This document shows, one piece after another, positions 26,673 to 34,783 of a stretch of DNA of 64,000 nucleotides. How positions within the stretch are numbered: position 1 is the stretch's first letter; each line of letters begins with the position of its first letter. The translations under genes and the position numbers were made by a program. The notes under the pieces are model-generated. The model ran no database searches and was not told the origin of the DNA. It worked only from the letters and a program-made list of their open reading frames with translations. This DNA is from Candidatus Enterousia sp. Its GTDB lineage: Bacteria > Pseudomonadota > Alphaproteobacteria > Rs-D84. The stretch lies in contig JAZRJE010000016.1 in the NCBI GenBank assembly GCA_045645645.1, positions 30,153 through 94,152 of the forward strand. The letters are read 5' to 3'.

Positions 26673-28946
26673 ATGAATACGAAATCTAGATTTTTACCAG
26701 AGCGTGTATCTGGTGCATTGAAAAATTTTGCATGGCGCATTTTTGGCGCATGCTTGATGGTTGTAGGAATCTGTTTGGTTTGGACGTTGTTTTTTCATAA
26801 CCCTTATCTAGATGGTTTTGCAACAGCAAGCACATTTGGAAATCAATCTTTTTTGGGCAATATTGCAGGTTTTTTACGTTATGTAATCGGGTTTGTGCCA
26901 TCATTATTTGTGTTCTTGTGTATGGTGCGTGGTGGGTTGGCACTGATGATGGTTTGGACAGAAGAAGGAAGTCCAGAATATGACATGTTGCGTGGTTTTG
27001 TTGCAACAGGTATGGGGGCTGCTGCTGTTGGGGTGTTGTTTCCGTCAGCTACATTTGGTGGATTAGCAGGGGCGATTGTTGCGTCTGATGTTGGTGGATT
27101 TTTGGGAACCTGGGGCGGTGTATTGTGTGGTCTGGTGTTGCTGTCGGGATTTGTTTTGATTGGTTCTAGATTGTTACATATTAAATGGGCTTACGTAAGG
27201 GGAACAGCGCAATATTTTTGGCGTGGTGTATGTTGGGTTTTAGCATTGTTTCATTTGTCGGATAATGTGCCTTGTTGTAAGAAATTTATTAGTGATACAG
27301 AGAATAAAGAAAGCGATTGTGCGGTGGAAGAAAACGCAGAAGAATCTGATGATTCAGATAACGTTGCTGAAGACAAAAAGCGTACAACAAAGAAACGCGC
27401 AACGCGTGCAATTAGTGCAATCAGTACTGTGTCCAGACCTGTTGTTGCAATGAGTGAATATCCGTTGCCAGATCCAAAATTTTTGGAAAAATCAAATTTT
27501 GGTAAATGTGTTGTTACACCAGAATTAAAGCAAAATGCAAAGAATATGGAGGTTCATTTTGCTCAATATGGTGTACATGGTCGTGTTGTTGGAATCAAAC
27601 CTGGTCCTGTTGTGACGTTGTACGAATTTATGCCAGATGAAGGTACGCGTATGACGGATGTCAATAAAACTGTGACGGATATGGTGCGTGCAATGGCAAC
27701 AGAAAATATCCGTATTGCTCATATTCCACGTACACAATTGATTGGTGTTGAGATGGTTAACCTAAATCGACAAACGGTACGCTATCGTGGTTTGATTGAT
27801 AATCCTTTGTTTACTGAATCTAAGTATAAAATACCGTTGGCGTTGGGGGTAGATATCGGCGGAAATCCAATGTATTTTGATTTAGCAAAAATGCCACATA
27901 TGATGATTGCGGGACGTACAGGTTCTGGAAAGTCTGTGTTTGTTCAATCTATTATTACGTCAATCGTTTATCATTTTACGCCAGATAAATGTAAATTAAT
28001 GATTATTGATCCAAAAGGGGTAGATTTTGGATTTTGGGATGAAATTCCGCACTTAATTACACCTATTGTGAAACAGGATCCTGCGCCAGCTGTTAATGCA
28101 CTAAAGTGGGCTGTGCGCGAAATGGAAGAGCGTTATAAACAGTTACAGGTTTTAAATGCGCGTAATATTGAAAACTATAATGAAATGGCAGCACAGAAAC
28201 GAGCAGCTGGAGAAAAGCTAACAAAACAGGTTGCTGTTGGTACAGATGAAGAAACAGGGGAATTGTTGTTTGAAACGCAAGAAGTAGATTTGTCTGATAT
28301 GCCGTACATTGTCATTATTATTGACGAGGTTGCTGATTTGATGAGCTTGGCCCGTAAAGAGGTGGAAGCCTGTGTTCAGCGTATTGCTCAAAAGGCACGT
28401 GCTGCGGGTATACATTTGATTATGGCAACACAGCGACCAGACGCAACAACAATTACTGGTGTTATCAAGGCTAATTTCCCAACACGTATTTCTTTCCAGG
28501 CACGTAGCAGAATAGACAGTACGACATGCCTGGGTGAGGGTGGGGCTGAAAACTTGTTAGCAATGGGGGATATGTTGTTCAGTGAAGCTGGACGAATACC
28601 TGTGCGTATACATGGTGCATATATAGATGATAATGAATTGACCAGAATAGGAAATTTCTTGCGGGCACAGGGAACGCCAGAATATGCGTCTGGGGTTACA
28701 GATGGCGAAGAAACACTTGTAACTGCAAATCAGGCGCCATCAGCGGCAGAAGTTAAAGCAGAAAAAAATGCAGACCTGTATGAACAAGCAAAGGAAGTTG
28801 TGATTCGTGATAAAAAACCGACTATATCTTATGTCCAACGAAGATTGGGTGTTGGTTATAATAAGGCTGCTGGTTTTATTGAACGCATGGAACAAGAAGG
28901 TATTGTCAGCGCACCAGATGCTAGTGGAAAACGTCAGGTTTTATGA
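26673..28946 (+). CDS. ftsK: DNA translocase FtsK
   Basis: N-terminal 4-5 TM, an acidic/basic linker, motor domain (MPHMMIAGRTGSGKSV Walker A; IVIIIDEVADLM Walker B; HLIMATQRP) and a C-terminal gamma winged helix (ISYVQRRLGVGYNKAAGFIERMEQEGIV). Confidence 0.92.
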   Translation: MNTKSRFLPERVSGALKNFAWRIFGACLMVVGICLVWTLFFHNPYLDGFATASTFGNQSFLGNIAGFLRYVIGFVPSLFVFLCMVRGGLALMMVWTEEGSPEYDMLRGFVATGMGAAAVGVLFPSATFGGLAGAIVASDVGGFLGTWGGVLCGLVLLSGFVLIGSRLLHIKWAYVRGTAQYFWRGVCWVLALFHLSDNVPCCKKFISDTENKESDCAVEENAEESDDSDNVAEDKKRTTKKRATRAISAISTVSRPVVAMSEYPLPDPKFLEKSNFGKCVVTPELKQNAKNMEVHFAQYGVHGRVVGIKPGPVVTLYEFMPDEGTRMTDVNKTVTDMVRAMATENIRIAHIPRTQLIGVEMVNLNRQTVRYRGLIDNPLFTESKYKIPLALGVDIGGNPMYFDLAKMPHMMIAGRTGSGKSVFVQSIITSIVYHFTPDKCKLMIIDPKGVDFGFWDEIPHLITPIVKQDPAPAVNALKWAVREMEERYKQLQVLNARNIENYNEMAAQKRAAGEKLTKQVAVGTDEETGELLFETQEVDLSDMPYIVIIIDEVADLMSLARKEVEACVQRIAQKARAAGIHLIMATQRPDATTITGVIKANFPTRISFQARSRIDSTTCLGEGGAENLLAMGDMLFSEAGRIPVRIHGAYIDDNELTRIGNFLRAQGTPEYASGVTDGEETLVTANQAPSAAEVKAEKNADLYEQAKEVVIRDKKPTISYVQRRLGVGYNKAAGFIERMEQEGIVSAPDASGKRQVL

Positions 28947-29035
28947 TAAGATTTGATGATTAAAATAGGAATATGTTTGTAGATAAATAATTGTTGTATA
29001 TGGGGGAAAAGTTCTTGGTTTTTAGTGGTGGGTTG

Positions 29036-29044
29036 TGTTATAAT
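29036..29044 (+). promoter_or_regulatory. Extended -10 promoter element TGTTATAAT upstream of the OMP gene
   Basis: TGTTATAAT lies 22 nt upstream of ATG 29067, with SD AAAGGAG in between. Confidence 0.4.
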
Positions 29045-29066
29045 TTTTATCAAAAGGAGTTTTAAT

Positions 29067-30311
29067 ATGAAAAAGCAATTATCTTGGGTTGTATTATCTG
29101 TTGCGATGTTTAGTATGACACCTGTGTTTGGGGCAACAAATTCAGGGGTTCGTGGTGCGTCTAGTGCTGATTTGACCAGTGCACCAGCAACACGTACGCG
29201 TGAAAATGTAAACTATCAAAAATATCAAACACGTACAACAACACGTACATATAAACAGTCAGATGGTGGCGATTTGTACTATACGCAGCCGTCTAAGCGC
29301 AGTGATTTATATAAAGAATATGAAGGCGCATCTTCTTCGTCTGCAAAGGCTTCGAAAAATACAGTACGTACAACACGCAGTGAAAAGATTATTACAAAGT
29401 TAAATCGTAAATACTATCTGGCGCATCCATTCTTTCAGCCTTTGGCAGGGAATTTTGGTTCTATAACTGATTTTTCTTATACACAGGGTGGATTTGATTT
29501 TGATCTGCCACTGACATTGGTAAGCGGTATTGATCCAGATGTACAGATTCCTTTTGCTGGTGGGGAATGGAAATCTAATACTTTTTCTATAAAAGAAGAT
29601 TTTAGCTATGGTATTACGGATCGTGTTGCGGTTGTTGCGATGGCGCGATTTGATAAGGCTGATTATGAATTCAAATATGAATTCAGTACAGGTGATAGTG
29701 CTGCAAGCAAAATGGATGACAGTGCCTTGAATGTGTTTGGTATTGGTGCACAGTGGCGAATGATTGATAATCCATCATGGATTGCAATGGGATCTGTGTA
29801 TTATCAAAACCAAAAGGATTTCTCAAACAACCTTATTATGGAATTAAAGGCAGGGTATAAGGTTGCACGTTCCACTATATATGGATTGGCACGTGGTTGG
29901 TATTTAGACTTTGATGGAAATTCATATGGTGCGTTTGTAGATAACGATGAAGAAATGTTCTATATCGCATATGATACAGATGTAGATAGTTCGTTCTATT
30001 TTGAAGGTGGATTGGGCGTATTCAGTGTATTAAATGAAGATTGGACATTGAATGTTGAAGGTATCTTTGGGGCGTATGACTGGCATAACCAGGCATCTGT
30101 AAAGGCAGCATTGGGTTGGCAACCAAATGATTGGTTCGCATTAAATCTGTATGCTAAATCATCTGTTTATGACAGTGCAGATGGTAAGGATTTAAATGTT
30201 TATTTACAACAGGCGAATATGGGCTTGGATTCTTTGGGGTTGATTGGTACCGCAAAGGTTGATGGCAATAAAGAAATGTCATTAGGTGTTCAGGCTATAT
30301 TCCACTTTTAA
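29067..30311 (+). CDS. Predicted outer-membrane beta-barrel protein with T/R/S-rich N-terminal extension
   Basis: Sec signal peptide (MKKQLSWVVLSVAMFSMTPVFGA). Alternating hydrophobic/polar strands in the C-terminal ~280 aa. Terminal aromatic residue (..GVQAIFHF). ATG 29067 with SD. Confidence 0.5.
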   Translation: MKKQLSWVVLSVAMFSMTPVFGATNSGVRGASSADLTSAPATRTRENVNYQKYQTRTTTRTYKQSDGGDLYYTQPSKRSDLYKEYEGASSSSAKASKNTVRTTRSEKIITKLNRKYYLAHPFFQPLAGNFGSITDFSYTQGGFDFDLPLTLVSGIDPDVQIPFAGGEWKSNTFSIKEDFSYGITDRVAVVAMARFDKADYEFKYEFSTGDSAASKMDDSALNVFGIGAQWRMIDNPSWIAMGSVYYQNQKDFSNNLIMELKAGYKVARSTIYGLARGWYLDFDGNSYGAFVDNDEEMFYIAYDTDVDSSFYFEGGLGVFSVLNEDWTLNVEGIFGAYDWHNQASVKAALGWQPNDWFALNLYAKSSVYDSADGKDLNVYLQQANMGLDSLGLIGTAKVDGNKEMSLGVQAIFHF

Positions 30312-30322
30312 AAAAATGGGAT

Positions 30323-30358
30323 AAAATCCGTCCCCCAAATAAAGGGGACGGAAATTTT
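30323..30358 (+). terminator. Intrinsic terminator after the first OMP gene
   Basis: TCCGTCCCC (30327..30335) pairs with GGGGACGGA (30344..30352), flanked by AAAA and AATTTT. Confidence 0.65.
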
Positions 30359-30384
30359 ATTGAATCGGAGAGAGGATTAAAATC

Positions 30385-31086
30385 ATGTGTAAATATTTAT
30401 CTGCGTTTTTATTTGGAACGTTATTAACATATTCAGCAACAGCAAATATTCTGGAACATGATACTTCTGATCCGCTGTATATGTTGAAAACGCAAGAGGT
30501 TCTATCTGAGTCAACTGCATCATTTGGACGTGATATTTTGCGTTTCGGTGAAACTTTGTCTTATGGTTTAAATGACAGGATAAGTGTATCTGCGAATGTA
30601 AACTATCAAATTGATTTTTCTGGGGAAAATGATGGGTTTACCAGTACAGATTTAGGTTTTGTTTATCGTGCAGGCATCTCTGATACGTTTATTTCAGATG
30701 TCTTAGGTGGCTTTAAATTCGGAGGCAGTCGTAATGTTCGTACGCCATGGTATGCAGATTCTACGTACTATGTTGGTTGGCGTTTTGGACGTCAGTGGGC
30801 AGGGGTGACGTTAGCTGGGACAATCCAATCAAATTGGATTTTTGATGATGAACGTGGTATGGCATATATTGATTTTGTTCCAGAAGCATACTTTAGATTT
30901 GATCCTGTTTGGCGGTTGGGCTTAAATGCGATTTTACGTAAAGCGACAACACCATCATTTAATGAAGAATGGATTGGTGCAAAGCTGGTTCGTCAATTTG
31001 GACGTACGCAATATGTTGGTCATATTGATTATGAGTTTGAACATGATGATGTGCAAATTGGCGCTAAGGTAAACATCTTGTTCTAA
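30385..31086 (+). CDS. Predicted small outer-membrane beta-barrel protein
   Basis: Signal peptide MCKYLSAFLFGTLLTYSATA, alternating beta-strand pattern, C-terminal ..GAKVNILF. Confidence 0.45.
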   Translation: MCKYLSAFLFGTLLTYSATANILEHDTSDPLYMLKTQEVLSESTASFGRDILRFGETLSYGLNDRISVSANVNYQIDFSGENDGFTSTDLGFVYRAGISDTFISDVLGGFKFGGSRNVRTPWYADSTYYVGWRFGRQWAGVTLAGTIQSNWIFDDERGMAYIDFVPEAYFRFDPVWRLGLNAILRKATTPSFNEEWIGAKLVRQFGRTQYVGHIDYEFEHDDVQIGAKVNILF

Positions 31087-31194
31087 AAATAAAATTTAAT
31101 GATATAAACGCACATTTGCTTGTAATACATGTAGTATTTATACACCAGTTTTACTGGTTTTATGTGCGCTTTATTGTAAGAAGCTTGTGATATT

Positions 31195-32469
31195 TTAATC
31201 TTGGTCTGAATTTATTTTGTGGCGCAGGTTGTCCCAGTATTCAAGGCGTTTTTTGATTTCGCGCTCAAAACCGCGTTCAACAGGGTAGTAAAATTTTTGA
31301 CGTCCTAAAGATTCTGGAAAACAATTTTGGCCAGAAAATCCAGTTGCTGTATCTGGGTCGTATATATATCCAGCATTGTATCCCAGATTTTTCATCATTT
31401 TTGTTGGTGCGTTTAATATGTTTTTTGGGGGCATTAAGCTGCCTGTTTCACGGGCCATAGCGTATGCGGCTTTTTGTGCCTTGTAATTTCCGACGCTTTT
31501 TGGTGCAGTGCCTAAGTATATAACCAGTTGTGTTAATGCTAGGTCGCCTTCTGGGCTGCCCAGTCTTTCGTATGCCTGCCATGCTGCGATTGCAATTTGT
31601 AACGCATTTGGATCTGCTAAACCAATGTCTTCAACGGCGAAACGTGTCAGGCGACGAAATATGTACATTGGATCTTGGCCAGATGTCATCATACGTGCCG
31701 TCCAATATAACGCAGCGTCTGTATCACTGGCACGCAGTGATTTATGAACTGCGGATATTAAATTATAGTGTTCGTCACCTTTTTTGTCTGATAGTGGGGC
31801 ACGTTTTTGTACTGTGTTGTCCAGTTCGTCTGGATTTAAGTCTTTTTTGAAGTTTGCATTATGTAAATATTCAACTGTATTTAATAAAAAGCGTGCATCA
31901 CCATCTGCCATTTGAGCTAAATGTATGCGTGCCGCATCGTTCAAGGGCAAGTGACAAGATAAAAATTCTTCGGCGCGCCCAATCAGTGTTAATAAATCTT
32001 CGGTGGACAGTGGTTGCAAAACACCAACGTGACAACGCGACAGTAACGCGTTGTTTAAATTAAAACTTGGGTTTTCAGTTGTTGCGCCCATGAATACAAC
32101 GGTACCATCTTCTAGGTACGGTAGCAGGGTGTCTTGTTGTGTTTTATTAAAGCGGTGAATTTCATCTATGAATAATAGTGTGTTGCGACCAATATCACGA
32201 TTCATTCGTGCTGCATCCATTGCTTTCTTTATATCCGCAGTTCCTGAAAATACTGCTGACATTGGAACAAAGTCCATGTCGACTGAGTTTGCTAGTGCGC
32301 GTGCAATTGTTGTTTTTCCGCAGCCAGGAGGACCCCATAAAATTAAATTTGATAGCTTTTTATTATCAACCATACGACGGACTAAACCGTTTTCACCCAG
32401 CAATGTTATTTGTCCTACAACGTCGTCAATTGTATTTGGGCGCATTAAGTCGGAAAGTGGTCTGGTCAT
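31195..32469 (-). CDS. rarA: Replication-associated recombination protein A (RarA/MgsA AAA+ ATPase)
   Basis: RPLSDLMRPNTIDDVVGQ, LILWGPPGCGKTT, LFIDEIHRFNKTQQD, ATTENPSF.LN.ALLSR, SLRASDTDAALYW, DIGLADP. Confidence 0.92.
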   Translation of the reverse strand: MTRPLSDLMRPNTIDDVVGQITLLGENGLVRRMVDNKKLSNLILWGPPGCGKTTIARALANSVDMDFVPMSAVFSGTADIKKAMDAARMNRDIGRNTLLFIDEIHRFNKTQQDTLLPYLEDGTVVFMGATTENPSFNLNNALLSRCHVGVLQPLSTEDLLTLIGRAEEFLSCHLPLNDAARIHLAQMADGDARFLLNTVEYLHNANFKKDLNPDELDNTVQKRAPLSDKKGDEHYNLISAVHKSLRASDTDAALYWTARMMTSGQDPMYIFRRLTRFAVEDIGLADPNALQIAIAAWQAYERLGSPEGDLALTQLVIYLGTAPKSVGNYKAQKAAYAMARETGSLMPPKNILNAPTKMMKNLGYNAGYIYDPDTATGFSGQNCFPESLGRQKFYYPVERGFEREIKKRLEYWDNLRHKINSDQD

Positions 32470-32502
32470 GGTTTTACTGTGCTTTTATTTAATGTTTATT
32501 TG

Positions 32503-32511
32503 TGATATAAT
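32503..32511 (+). promoter_or_regulatory. Extended -10 promoter element TGATATAAT upstream of mucR
   Basis: TGTGATATAAT lies 30 nt upstream of the TTG start at 32542. SD GGGGG lies in between. Confidence 0.45.
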
Positions 32512-32541
32512 TATTCTATTAAAAAAACAGGGGGTTGGCAA

Positions 32542-32904
32542 TTGGTAAATGTAAATAAAAGTTCAGAATTTGCGCTGGCGGTTGCGAATCTGGCAGCGGC
32601 AGCAATTGCTGCTAATCCAGAATTAACAATGGAAGTGGCTGTTAAACAAGCACGTGAAATTTTACGTGGGGCATCTGTTACACCACAGCAAATTGAGGAT
32701 TCTATTCAACCTGATAAGATTCAATGTTTGGAAGATGGTACATGGCATGTGATGTTGCGTCGCTATGTTAAGCGAAAATTTAACATGACACCTGAGCAGT
32801 ACAGAGAAAAATGGGGATTGCCAGTGGATTATCCTTTTGTTGCACCAGCATATGCACGTAAACGTTCAAAAATTGCAAAAAAAACAGGATTAGGAAAAAA
32901 ATAA
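32542..32904 (+). CDS. MucR/Ros family transcriptional regulator, zinc-ligand-deficient variant
   Basis: The C-terminal half is near-identical in pattern to Ros/MucR: MTPEQYREKWGLPVDYPFVAPAYARKRSKIAKKTGLG. The zinc-finger segment reads CLEDGTWHVMLRRYVKRKF instead of CLECG....LKRHL..HH. TTG start. Confidence 0.85.
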   Translation: MVNVNKSSEFALAVANLAAAAIAANPELTMEVAVKQAREILRGASVTPQQIEDSIQPDKIQCLEDGTWHVMLRRYVKRKFNMTPEQYREKWGLPVDYPFVAPAYARKRSKIAKKTGLGKK

Positions 32905-32905
32905 A

Positions 32906-34750
32906 ATGTCAGAAAAGTTTGAGAAAATTGTTAATGCACCTCATCGTGCATTCGGACGCGCTAAAGATAAGTTGATACGTCAAAAATGGCCAGAAGATAC
33001 TAAGATGCGTGCTGGACATATGGCAAAAATTAGTGGGTTGGGGTTGGCTCAATTTATTTCTTGGGTAACTAAATATTTTGTGTTGGATAATCATTTGACG
33101 CGTAAATTAGAAGACTTATTTGCAAAGATTAGGGTGGTTGATAAAAATAATCAAGAGAAGCTGTGGCGTAAGTTTATAAAAAACAATCCAAATTTTGTTG
33201 GACACATAGTTTATTATATGATGATCGTATTGACTGCTGCTGGGGTGGATTTGTCAAAAGATGATAATCCTGTCCAGGAAACTGTTAAAGAGTGGACTGT
33301 GGATTCTAATGATGATGAAGAAAAAAAAGAAAATTCTATAAATTTATTTTACAAGGATTCAAGTATAAAAGATATTAATAATACAGTAGCTCATCTGAAT
33401 GCGATAAGTACAAATCAGCCACGTTCACAATTTGTTAAGCAGACGCTTGATGAATACTGGAATGAAATAGCAGTTGTTTTAACAGAGCTTGAAACATATC
33501 GAGCTGTACCAAAATTACAAGCTGGAGAATCTAGGTATACTAATGGTTTGGGATTGACCTGGTATTACTGGTATGATGATAAAGGAGTGTTGCACCAGCG
33601 AGCAAATCAGAAAAATAATACACCAAAACTGATAAAAAGTCAGGTTTATGAGCAAGTGCGAAGGCATTTAATAAAAGAAACATTGCCTGCATTATATAAT
33701 GCGATTAAAGATTATGATAATATTACGCCACAAATGAGAATTGCGTTGATAATGGTTGGGTATCAACGATCAACAGATATGAAGTATATTGCAAAAAAAT
33801 TGTCCGTAGCTAAGAACGTACAAGAGGTTGCAGATGCTTTTGCAGATGTGTCTAGTGTGCCAAAAAAATGGCGTCAAGGTACGTTAATTAGACGGTACAC
33901 TTGTGCGATGTATGCAATTGGGGCAATAAGTACAGAACAGTTCTTGGATTGGTCACGAGATTCTTTCTCAATGATAAACATTAATACTGTATATAAGAAT
34001 GGTCATTTTATTATTTCACAGGAAAATATCGAATATCTGTTGAGTCGTAGTAGATCATCTAATGATACTGTACGTGAATTTTTGTCTGATTTTGGTATGG
34101 GACATAAAATTGTAACAGATATAAAGTCTTTAAATAAAAAGTTTAATTTTGATAAAAATGCTAATGATTCTATATATGAAAAATCAATGGCTGTGGTAAA
34201 TAAAGCAGATAGAAAGTTTAAAAAAGCAAAATATAAAGAGGCAGAAAGATTGTATACTGAAGCCTTGGAATTAAACCCAGATAACATGGAAGCTTATAGT
34301 TCATTGGCTTTAACATATAAAAAGCTGGGCGATCAATATAAATCAGAGGAATATTATCAAAAGTGTATTAAGGTAGTGGTCGATTGTAATGGACGAATGA
34401 ATTCAAATAGAAATGTGTTACTGGATCATCGTGTTAAGGCAATGACTTACTATAATGCAGGATTGGCTCGTCAGGAAATTGGACATATCGCAAAAGAAAG
34501 TGGTGATTTTCAAAAAGCAAAAGAACAGTATCTGTTGGCGCAAAAGAATTTTAGAACAGCAAAAGAAAATGCAAAAATGGTGGATATGGATGTAGATATT
34601 CTTGAGCTTTATGAACATTCAATGGAAGGTATAAAGAAAAATATTGATGCTATTAAAAAGCTTGCTTTTGTCGAGTCTTCAATAAAGTTGAAAAATAAAT
34701 CTAGTATAATGGATTTATCAAAAATACATATTGATAAATATAAGGCATAG
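32906..34750 (+). CDS. Large hypothetical protein: N-terminal cytoplasmic segment, one TM, lysozyme-like (GH24-type pattern, tentative) central region, C-terminal TPR repeats
   Basis: Starts 1 nt after the mucR stop. TM at FVGHIVYYMMIVLTAAGV. The central region LTELETYRAVP...YTNGLGLT...ITPQMRIALIMVGYQ...GTLIRRYTCAMYAIG mirrors the phage-lysozyme pattern E..r..aY.d..G..T.G.G.T...aL.sf.yN.G...GL..RR..E. C-terminal TPR-like KYKEAERLYTEALELNPDNMEAYSSLALTYKKLGDQYKSEEYYQKCI. Confidence 0.5.
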   Translation: MSEKFEKIVNAPHRAFGRAKDKLIRQKWPEDTKMRAGHMAKISGLGLAQFISWVTKYFVLDNHLTRKLEDLFAKIRVVDKNNQEKLWRKFIKNNPNFVGHIVYYMMIVLTAAGVDLSKDDNPVQETVKEWTVDSNDDEEKKENSINLFYKDSSIKDINNTVAHLNAISTNQPRSQFVKQTLDEYWNEIAVVLTELETYRAVPKLQAGESRYTNGLGLTWYYWYDDKGVLHQRANQKNNTPKLIKSQVYEQVRRHLIKETLPALYNAIKDYDNITPQMRIALIMVGYQRSTDMKYIAKKLSVAKNVQEVADAFADVSSVPKKWRQGTLIRRYTCAMYAIGAISTEQFLDWSRDSFSMININTVYKNGHFIISQENIEYLLSRSRSSNDTVREFLSDFGMGHKIVTDIKSLNKKFNFDKNANDSIYEKSMAVVNKADRKFKKAKYKEAERLYTEALELNPDNMEAYSSLALTYKKLGDQYKSEEYYQKCIKVVVDCNGRMNSNRNVLLDHRVKAMTYYNAGLARQEIGHIAKESGDFQKAKEQYLLAQKNFRTAKENAKMVDMDVDILELYEHSMEGIKKNIDAIKKLAFVESSIKLKNKSSIMDLSKIHIDKYKA

Positions 34751-34783
34751 TTTTAGATATTACTTATTCAAAGGAAAAATGAT

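Noticed and set aside
31087-31194. Possible small RNA between the second OMP gene and rarA
   Set aside because: The 108-nt spacer contains an imperfect long-range inverted repeat (AACGCACAT...ATGTGCGCT) around a CCAGT/ACTGG hairpin. This is adequately explained as a shared terminator structure for the two convergent genes. No promoter-like element was seen.
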